Positions 40,908 to 47,023 of a stretch of 47,023 nucleotides of DNA are shown here, in pieces. Numbering within the stretch: the first letter of the stretch is position 1; every line of letters starts with the position of its first letter. A program made the position numbers and the translations under genes. The DNA comes from Halioglobus sp. (GTDB taxonomy: Bacteria; Pseudomonadota; Gammaproteobacteria; Pseudomonadales; Halieaceae): contig JBFZEF010000238.1 in assembly GCA_041307045.1 (NCBI GenBank), forward strand, positions 1 through 47,023, read 5' to 3'. The notes below the pieces were generated by a model, which worked only from the letters and a program-made list of their open reading frames with translations, made no database searches and was not told the origin of the DNA.

Positions 40908-41068
40908 AAATAGCACAAACTAGCGATAGCCCCATAAAAGTAATATATACGGACGTGCAATTTGAACTCCATTCCGCCTATCTATACTTACAATGGTTGA
41001 TTTAAAACCAGAAAAGCATTAGCAACAATGAGTTGGCAGTGCATAATTTTGGTCGCTTGTAGCTATTG
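40908..41068 (-). other. degenerate attC-like inverted-repeat region upstream of the cupin gene
   Basis: The 5' arm CAATAGCTACAAGCGAC shares the 8-mer CAAGCGAC with site A. The 3' arm TCGCTAGTTTGTGCTATTT can pair with it (AATAGC, ACAA, GCGA blocks with bulges). An alternative shorter pairing exists, and at 161 nt this is long for an attC. Confidence 0.25.
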
Positions 41069-41101
41069 AGAAGAAACATCAGGTTTTTCAATCCATTTCG
41101 A

Positions 41102-41494
41102 TCAGTCACTCCGCTTCTCGATTTCAGTGATACTCAGAACAGCGGTACCCGGAGCTAACGGGGAATCTCTCCACAATGGCGCATCGATCGCCATGCCGTA
41201 GTTACAGCTCTCGCCCTGCCACCGGGTGATACAGGTACTTGCGGTTACCGATGGTGCGAGACGACACAGCCCAGCGGTGGACGATTCCGCGGAATCGTTT
41301 TCAACTTCCTTTCGGTCCACACTGTCCGCCCGCAGTGCGGTCTGCTTCTCTTCCTGCTCCGGCATCGCTACCGCTTCAATGGCCTTCACCACCAGGGCGC
41401 CCGCCTCGGGCGGAAGTTTGGCATGAATGATCCACATGCCGTCGTCATCCTGGTAGTAGACCAGCTGGCGTTCGCTGTCCTGTCGCCACCGCAA
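41102..41494 (-). pseudogene. remnant of an HNH endonuclease of the DUF222 type (5'-truncated, catalytic core deleted)
   Basis: ..LVYYQDDDGMWIIHAKLPPEAGALVVKAIEA.. and ..TASTCITRWQGESCNYGMAIDAPL.. resemble the pre-HNH and C-terminal tail segments of that family. No HNH motif lies between them. The frame opens directly at the hemW stop. Confidence 0.5.
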
Positions 41495-42634
41495 TCAGCC
41501 GGGAAAAAACTCCGCGATCACACTGTCGAGAAACCGTCGGCCGAGGGCGCTTGCGCGGATGCCGCGGCCGTCGCACACGATCAGCTCCCGCTCCTGCAGC
41601 TTCAGCAAATGGGGTTCGATCACTGCGAAATCCAGGCCGGTGCGGGCCTCGAACAACGCGCGGGTGAAGCCCTCGTTGAGCCGCAGGGCGTTGAGCATGA
41701 ACTCGCCGACGATGTCTGCGCGCTCCAGCTCACGGCCACCGGCGGTGAAAGTGCCGGAGCATGCTGCCAGGTAGTCCGGGGGCTGGCGGGTCTTGTGGTA
41801 GCGCCGGATGCGCCCGTCCTCGCCGGTGATCTTGCCATGGGCTCCGGCGCCGATACCCAGGTAGTCGCCGAAAGACCAGTAGTTGAGGTTGTGGCGGCAG
41901 CGCAAACCGGGCCTGCTGTAGGCGGATACCTCGTATTGACCGTAACCGGCCGCCGCCAACAATGCTTCCCCCGCCTGCTGGATATCCGCCAGCGCGTCCT
42001 CCGACGGCAGCTGCGGCGGTCGCTTGTGGAATACGGTGTTGGGCTCGATGGTCAACTGGTACCAGGACAGGTGGGGCGGGGCGAAGGCGAGCGCCGTGCG
42101 TAAATCCGTCGCGGCGGCTTCCGCGCTCTGCCCCGGGAGTCCGTGCATCAGGTCGATGTTGAAACTGGCGAAGCCCGCTGCCCGGGCATACTCGATCGCC
42201 GCCCGGGCCTGGTCGCTGTTGTGCACGCGGCCCAGAGCCTGCAGGCAGGCCTCGTCGAAACTCTGGATGCCGAGGGAGAGGCGATTGATCCCCGCGGCGC
42301 GAAAGCCGGCGAATTTCCCGGCCTCGGCGCTGCCGGGGTTTGCCTCCATGGTGGCTTCCAGGTCGGGGGACAACTGCAGCAGCGAGCCTATGCCCGCCAG
42401 CAGGCGGGATATGGCCCCGGGGGAAAACAGGCTGGGCGTGCCGCCACCGATAAACAGCGTCTCCACCGGCCTGTTGCGTGCGAGTTCCAGATCGCCCTCG
42501 AGGTCGCGCAACAGCGCGTCCACGTACGCTTCCTGCGGAATTACCCGGGCCTCGTGGGAGTTGAAATCGCAGTAGGGGCATTTGCGCTCACACCAGGGCA
42601 GGTGGATGTACAGAGCGACGGGTGGCGGCTGCAT
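41495..42634 (-). CDS. hemW: radical SAM heme chaperone HemW (coproporphyrinogen III oxidase-like)
   Basis: From [26 protein letters not shown] (CxxxCxxC). ATG 42634 overlaps the rdgB stop. Confidence 0.93.
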   Translation of the reverse strand: MQPPPVALYIHLPWCERKCPYCDFNSHEARVIPQEAYVDALLRDLEGDLELARNRPVETLFIGGGTPSLFSPGAISRLLAGIGSLLQLSPDLEATMEANPGSAEAGKFAGFRAAGINRLSLGIQSFDEACLQALGRVHNSDQARAAIEYARAAGFASFNIDLMHGLPGQSAEAAATDLRTALAFAPPHLSWYQLTIEPNTVFHKRPPQLPSEDALADIQQAGEALLAAAGYGQYEVSAYSRPGLRCRHNLNYWSFGDYLGIGAGAHGKITGEDGRIRRYHKTRQPPDYLAACSGTFTAGGRELERADIVGEFMLNALRLNEGFTRALFEARTGLDFAVIEPHLLKLQERELIVCDGRGIRASALGRRFLDSVIAEFFPG

Positions 42635-43239
42635 CAGTGCTGGCGCAGGGCCTCGAGCAGCAATGCGCTGGCGCGGGCCCGGTGGCTGATCCGGTTTTTC
42701 AGCTCGGGCGCCAGTTCGGCCGAGCTGCAGCGGTACTCGGGAACGTAGAACAGGGGGTCGTAGCCGAATCCGTTTTCGCCCCGCGGCGCGTCGAGGATAC
42801 GGCCCTCCCAGCTCGCCTGGCAGACCAGGGGCATGGGGTCGAGCGCGTGACGCATATAGACCAGGGCGCACTGGAAGCGGGCACTGCGCTGCTCGGCGGG
42901 TACATCGCCCAGCTCCGCCAGCAGCCTGGCATTGTTGGCGGCGTCGCCACCTCCGGAATAGCGCGCAGAGTGGATACCCGGTTCACCCCTGAGGTAATCC
43001 ACTTCCAGCCCGGAGTCATCGGCGATAGCCGGACAGCCGCTGAATTCGCAGGCCGCCCTGGCTTTGATGATGGCGTTCTCGACAAAGCTGAGCCCCGTCT
43101 CCTCAACCTCGGGCACCTTGAACTGATCCTGGGATATTAGCTCCAGCCCCAGCGGTGCCAGTATGCCTGCCAGTTCCCGCAGCTTGCCGGCGTTGCCGCT
43201 GGCCAGCACCACTACCCGGTCCTGTCGGTGACTGCTCAC
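42634..43239 (-). CDS. rdgB: dITP/XTP pyrophosphatase (non-canonical purine NTP pyrophosphatase)
   Basis: [23 protein letters not shown], and FGYDPLF motifs. Confidence 0.93.
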   Translation of the reverse strand: MSSHRQDRVVVLASGNAGKLRELAGILAPLGLELISQDQFKVPEVEETGLSFVENAIIKARAACEFSGCPAIADDSGLEVDYLRGEPGIHSARYSGGGDAANNARLLAELGDVPAEQRSARFQCALVYMRHALDPMPLVCQASWEGRILDAPRGENGFGYDPLFYVPEYRCSSAELAPELKNRISHRARASALLLEALRQH

Positions 43240-43679
43240 TGCTCGATGTAGAGCTGGTGCTTGAACTGGAAGGTATGGGTCTCATCGGCGCCCTCGGGCC
43301 GGAAGGTCACCTCGAAAAACCGCCATTCCTCGTTGATAAACTTGAACTCGCCAACGTAGTAAACCGCCGAGCCCTCGCGTATTTCAACAAATTCCAGGGG
43401 CTGGTTCTGTATCAGGTCCCAGGTGCGCCCCTGCAGCAGCATGGCCCGGGTCTCGCTGCCCTCGGCCAGGTGCTCCCGCACCGCCAGCGTGACGATGCCG
43501 CGATTCTTGCCGCGCACGATGCCATAGGCGGCTGCCACATCCGGCTGCAGGAAGGTGGTGTTGACCACGCTGTAATGCAATTCGTAGGGGCCGAACATTT
43601 TCGATTGCTGGGCCACGGCCGCGCCACTGCCGCCCAGGAGGGCCAGGAGCAGCAGGGCGAGCCTGGTGAGCGCGGCCAT
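43236..43679 (-). CDS. DUF4426 domain protein (exported)
   Basis: From [23 protein letters not shown]; [32 protein letters not shown] is typical of DUF4426. It lies between metW and rdgB, as in Pseudomonas. Confidence 0.75.
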   Translation of the reverse strand: MAALTRLALLLLALLGGSGAAVAQQSKMFGPYELHYSVVNTTFLQPDVAAAYGIVRGKNRGIVTLAVREHLAEGSETRAMLLQGRTWDLIQNQPLEFVEIREGSAVYYVGEFKFINEEWRFFEVTFRPEGADETHTFQFKHQLYIEQ

Positions 43680-43680
43680 A

Positions 43681-44271
43681 TCAGCGGGTAATGTGGTAGA
43701 TCGCCGTGGTGGCGAACAGGTTGGGCCAGGCGGTGGCCAGCAGCGGTTGCCGCTCGGTATTGCCCACCACGTCCCGGGCCAGTATGCGGATATTTTTTTG
43801 TTCACACAGCGCCTCAAAATCCTTAACCGTACAAAAGTGGATGTTCGGGGTGTCGTACCAGTGGTAGGGCATGAACTTTGATACCGGCATCCTGCCCCGG
43901 GTGCCGAGATAGAGACGGCAGCTCCAGTGGGCGAAATTGGGGAAGGTCACGATACCCTCCCGCCCGATTCGCAGCATCTCGTCCAATACCCGGTCCGGGT
44001 AGTGTACGGCCTGCAGGGCATGTGCCATCACCACGGTGTCAAAACTCTGGTCAGGAAAGTTGGCCAGGCCCTGGTCAAGGTTCTGCTCGACGATGTTCAG
44101 GCCGCGGGCGATGGCAGCGGTGATCTCCTGCTCGCCGATTTCTATTCCGGTGCCGCGCACCTGGCGCTGATCCTGCAGAAGCTGCAGGAACTCACCATTG
44201 CCGCAGCCGAGGTCGAGGACCCGGGAGCCCGGCCTGATCCAGCGCTGGATATGGGTGAGATCGAGCCGCAT
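43681..44271 (-). CDS. metW: methionine biosynthesis protein MetW
   Basis: VLDLGCGNGEFL SAM-like motif and the C-terminal FHFCTVKDFE-type segment (IHFCTVKDFEALC). Overlaps the metX stop by ATGA. Confidence 0.93.
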   Translation of the reverse strand: MRLDLTHIQRWIRPGSRVLDLGCGNGEFLQLLQDQRQVRGTGIEIGEQEITAAIARGLNIVEQNLDQGLANFPDQSFDTVVMAHALQAVHYPDRVLDEMLRIGREGIVTFPNFAHWSCRLYLGTRGRMPVSKFMPYHWYDTPNIHFCTVKDFEALCEQKNIRILARDVVGNTERQPLLATAWPNLFATTAIYHITR

Positions 44272-45413
44272 CAGCTGCCCACCCGGCGCATATAGGCCGA
44301 AAACACATCCATGTAGCGCGGAATCGGCAGCAGGAAGGCGTCGTGGCCTTCATCGGCCTCGATCTCGGCATAGGTGACCGGCCGGTCCGCCGCTATGAGC
44401 GCATCCACGATTTCCCGGGATCGCTGCGGCGAGAAGCGCCAGTCGGTGGAAAACGAGATGACAAGGAAGCTGCAACGGGCGTGGCCAAAGGCCTGCACCG
44501 GGTCGTTGTCGTATTCCCGTGCCAGGTCGAAATAGTCCAGGGCGCGGGTCATCAGCATATAGGTATTGGCGTCGAAACTGCCCGAGAACTGGGTGCCCTG
44601 GTAACGCAGGTAGCTCTGCACCTGGAATTCCACATCGCCCTCATCACCCTGGTCGAAGCTGCCCGAGCGCAGGTCCCTGCCGAACTTGCTGGCCATGGCG
44701 TGATCCGACAGGTAGGTGATGTGGCCCACCATTCGCGCCAGCGCCAGCCCCCGGGTGGGCGCGGTGCCGCGCTCCAGGTAATGGCCGTCCGCAAAGGCCG
44801 GGTCCGACAGGATGGCCTGGCGGGCAACCTCGTTGAAAGCGAGGTTCTGCGCACTCAACTTCATGGCCGCGGCAATGACGATGCAGTGTTTGATGCGATC
44901 GGGGTATTCCAGCGCCCAGCGCATGGCCTGCATGCCGCCCAGGCTGCCGCCCACCACCGCCGCCCAGCACTCGATACCCAGGAAGTCCGCCAGCCGGGCC
45001 TGGCTGTGCACCCAGTCGCGCGCCCGCAGTGGCGGGAAGTCGGGACCCCAGGGTTCCCCGGACTGCGGGTTGATGCTGGTGGGGCCGGTGGAACCGTGGC
45101 AGCCACCGATATTGTTCAGGCTGACCACAAAAAAACGGTCCGTATCGATGGGCTTGCCGGGGCCGATGCACTCGTCCCACCAGCCGGCCTTCTTGTCGTC
45201 GGGGTGGTGGTAGCCGGCGGCATGATGATTGCCGCTCAGGGCATGGCACACCAGCACCGCGTTGTTGCGCGCGCCGTTGAGCGCGCCATAGGTTTCATAA
45301 ACAATCTCGTAGCTGGGCAAATCGCGGCCGCAGGCAAGCTTCAGGGGCTCCCGGAAGTGCGCGGTCCGGGGCTCTACGATACCTACCGAGCGGCTGGCAG
45401 CTGGCGCTTCCAC
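44271..45413 (-). CDS. metX: homoserine O-acyltransferase MetX (succinyl/acetyl specificity not decidable here)
   Basis: Alpha/beta hydrolase with GGSLGGMQA nucleophile elbow; ..[12 protein letters not shown]..; GTG start at 45413. Confidence 0.93.
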   Translation of the reverse strand: MEAPAASRSVGIVEPRTAHFREPLKLACGRDLPSYEIVYETYGALNGARNNAVLVCHALSGNHHAAGYHHPDDKKAGWWDECIGPGKPIDTDRFFVVSLNNIGGCHGSTGPTSINPQSGEPWGPDFPPLRARDWVHSQARLADFLGIECWAAVVGGSLGGMQAMRWALEYPDRIKHCIVIAAAMKLSAQNLAFNEVARQAILSDPAFADGHYLERGTAPTRGLALARMVGHITYLSDHAMASKFGRDLRSGSFDQGDEGDVEFQVQSYLRYQGTQFSGSFDANTYMLMTRALDYFDLAREYDNDPVQAFGHARCSFLVISFSTDWRFSPQRSREIVDALIAADRPVTYAEIEADEGHDAFLLPIPRYMDVFSAYMRRVGS

Positions 45414-45420
45414 CGCGTGT

Positions 45421-46008
45421 TCAGAGACCCAGCACGAGGGCGGGGTGCAGACCCACGCCCTGTGCCAGGTGGCGCAGGGCGATCTGGATAATATTGATCA
45501 GCACAAAGACCAGGATGGGGGACAGGTCCAGCCCGCCCATCGGCGGCAGGACCTTGCGAAAGGGCGCCATCACCGGCTCCGTGATCTGGTACAGCAGGTA
45601 GATTGCCGGGTGGCGACTGCCGGCGGCCACCCAGCTGAGAATGATCATGGCCAGCAGGGCGAAGAAATAAATGTTCACCAACAGGCCCAGTACGCCCAGC
45701 ACGGACCATGCGAGCAGCAGGAAAACTCCCGGCGGGGACAGGCCGTTGATGAGCAGCAGCGCCACGATAGCCGCAAGCTGCAGCAACAGGGCCAACAGCA
45801 GCGACGACATATCGATGCCGCCCAGCCCGGGAATCACCCGGCGCAGGGGAATCACCAGGGGGTTGGTCACCTTGACGATGAACTGGCTGATCGGGTTATA
45901 GAAGTCGGCGCGCACCAGCTGCAGCAAAAAACGCAGCAACATGGTGACCAGGTACAGGCTGAGCAGGGTCTGCACCAGGTAGACGAGTATTTCGTTGATC
46001 GCGTTCAT
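45421..46008 (-). CDS. yggT: YggT family membrane protein
   Basis: 195 aa with two YGGT-type repeats (..[23 protein letters not shown].. and ..[29 protein letters not shown]..). Confidence 0.85.
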   Translation of the reverse strand: MNAINEILVYLVQTLLSLYLVTMLLRFLLQLVRADFYNPISQFIVKVTNPLVIPLRRVIPGLGGIDMSSLLLALLLQLAAIVALLLINGLSPPGVFLLLAWSVLGVLGLLVNIYFFALLAMIILSWVAAGSRHPAIYLLYQITEPVMAPFRKVLPPMGGLDLSPILVFVLINIIQIALRHLAQGVGLHPALVLGL

Positions 46009-46038
46009 GCAGCCATAATCTCCCTTGCCGATTCCCGC

Positions 46039-46860
46039 CTAGCCCATTTCCCGGGCCATTTCGGCGGCGCGAGCCGCGGCAGCGCCCAGGGCGTCCGCCA
46101 CGACATCGCGCAGACCCTTGTCTTCAAAGCATTTTATCGCCCGCTCGGTGGTGCCGCCGGGGCTGGTGACCCGACGCCGCAGTTCGACCAGGTCCACATC
46201 GCTTTCCAGCGCCATGCGGGCGGAACCCAGGGCGGTCTGCAGCGTCATGGCGGTGGCGGTCTGGCGATCCAGGCCCAGCATGCACGCGGTATCGATCATC
46301 GCCTCCATGAACAGGAAAAAATAGGCCGGACCGCTGCCGGACAGTGCCGTAATCGCATCCAGTGAACTCTCGTCGGGTACCCAGCAGGTGATGCCAACCG
46401 CCGCCAGGATCGCCTCGGCCTGCTCCCGCTGCTGCGCCGACACCCTCTCATTGGCAAACAGCGCGCTCGCACCGCAACCGATCAGCGCCGGGGTGTTGGG
46501 CATGCAACGCACTATGGCGGCCTGGGGCCCCAGGCGGGCCTGCATACTGGTGATGGTGACCCCCGCGGCGATCGAGATCACCAGCGCGCGCCTGGCCCGC
46601 ACCGCCCGGGCGATGCTGTTGGTGGCGTCGGCCATTACCTGCGGCTTGACCGCCATGATCACTACATCGGCATTGGCCGCGGCCGCGGCATTGTCGGCGC
46701 AGGCATTGACCGGCGCCAACTCGCGCAGCCGTTCCAGGCTGGCGGGATAGGGGTCGGCGGCACTGATCAGGCTGGCGGGATGGCCGCTTTCGATAAGCCC
46801 ACCGACGATACTGCAGGCCATGTTGCCGGCGCCTATGAATGCAATATGGGGTGTGTCCAC
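46039..46860 (-). CDS. proC: pyrroline-5-carboxylate reductase
   Basis: From (GTG)DTPHIAFIGAGNMA; C-terminal VTSPGGTTERAI motif. The track ORF start at 47010 is an upstream in-frame extension. Confidence 0.93.
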   Translation of the reverse strand: MDTPHIAFIGAGNMACSIVGGLIESGHPASLISAADPYPASLERLRELAPVNACADNAAAAANADVVIMAVKPQVMADATNSIARAVRARRALVISIAAGVTITSMQARLGPQAAIVRCMPNTPALIGCGASALFANERVSAQQREQAEAILAAVGITCWVPDESSLDAITALSGSGPAYFFLFMEAMIDTACMLGLDRQTATAMTLQTALGSARMALESDVDLVELRRRVTSPGGTTERAIKCFEDKGLRDVVADALGAAAARAAEMAREMG

Positions 46861-46930
46861 GCTATCCGCCCGTTGAATGTTTGATGCTGGAAAATCAGTC
46901 GGCCAGTATACACGGCGGCTTCCGCCAAAA

Positions 46931-47023
46931 TCACCTGCTGCGGCTGCCGAATATGTCCGTGCCGATCCGCACCATGGTCGCGCCTTCGGCGATCGCGGCC
47001 TCCAGGTCATCGGACATGCCCAT
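46931..47023 (-). CDS. yggS: PLP-binding homeostasis protein YggS, C-terminal 30 codons only (gene starts beyond the window end)
   Basis: My own translation of the last 93 nt is [30 protein letters not shown], nearly identical in pattern to the E. coli YggS C-terminus (..GMSDDMEAAI..STMVRIGTAIFG..). Confidence 0.85.
   Translation of the reverse strand: MGMSDDLEAAIAEGATMVRIGTDIFGSRSR

Larger units (their letters stand above)
38952..41068 (-). mobile_element. integron-type gene cassette array lacking an integrase (CALIN-like)
   Basis: Co-oriented small ORFs are each followed by an attC-like site. G+C is mosaic cassette by cassette. No IntI-like ORF occurs anywhere in the window. Confidence 0.55.

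Noticed and set aside
41002-41079. 25-codon hydrophobic sORF (MFLLNSYKRPKLCTANSLLLMLFWF*) on the minus strand, considered as a small toxin or membrane peptide
   Set aside because: It has no Shine-Dalgarno sequence and lies inside the structured attC-like repeat region. It is too short to evaluate, and chance ORFs are expected in AT-rich DNA.
32846-41494. Classical integrative island (integrase, transposase, tRNA target, flanking direct repeats) or complete integron (intI, attI, Pc)
   Set aside because: I looked on both strands and found no recombinase- or transposase-like ORF, no tRNA and no terminal direct repeats by eye. I therefore describe the region only as a mosaic variable region containing a CALIN-like array.
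44343-46365. Two long plus-strand ORFs (382 aa and 306 aa)
   Set aside because: They are antisense to metX, yggT and proC, all of which have clear family motifs on the minus strand.

Overview
High-GC gammaproteobacterial chromosome segment (one sampled core line is 41/60 G+C) that is almost entirely coding. Gene order closely follows the Pseudomonas-type housekeeping neighbourhoods: ubiA-ubiC, rubredoxin system, recG, spoT-rpoZ-gmk, yicC, rph-crc-pyrE, slmA, argB-algC, coaBC-radC-rpmBG, mutM, coaD-rsmD, ftsYEX-rpoH, trmB, then hemW-rdgB-metW-metX-yggT-proC-yggS. I call 54 CDS (two cut by the window ends), 2 gene remnants, a few promoters/terminators, and no rRNA, tRNA or CRISPR. The only clearly accessory stretch is about 8.65 kb between trmB (ends 32845) and hemW (stop at 41495). 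It has three parts. (i) An AraC-regulated four-gene acyl-CoA ligase / dehydrogenase / hydratase / SDR module with no thiolase. (ii) An AT-rich block of small co-oriented minus-strand ORFs (cupin, GNAT, methyltransferase, GNAT stub) separated by two well-formed attC-like recombination sites plus degenerate relics. I read this as an integron-type cassette array without an integrase (CALIN-like), a structure that ORF-level annotation does not show. (iii) An internally deleted HNH/DUF222 endonuclease remnant abutting hemW. In the core region four things stand out: an AlgC phosphomannomutase with a ~420-residue TM-domain-TM N-terminal extension, a covalent rubredoxin-rubredoxin reductase fusion translationally coupled to a DUF1415 gene, a catalytically degenerate ExoIII-fold gene in the Crc position, and a sigmaE-like promoter overlapping a perfect 10-bp inverted repeat upstream of rpoH. 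All protein calls rest on my own recognition of motifs and families in the translations and on synteny. No database search, covariance-model search or folding program was run.
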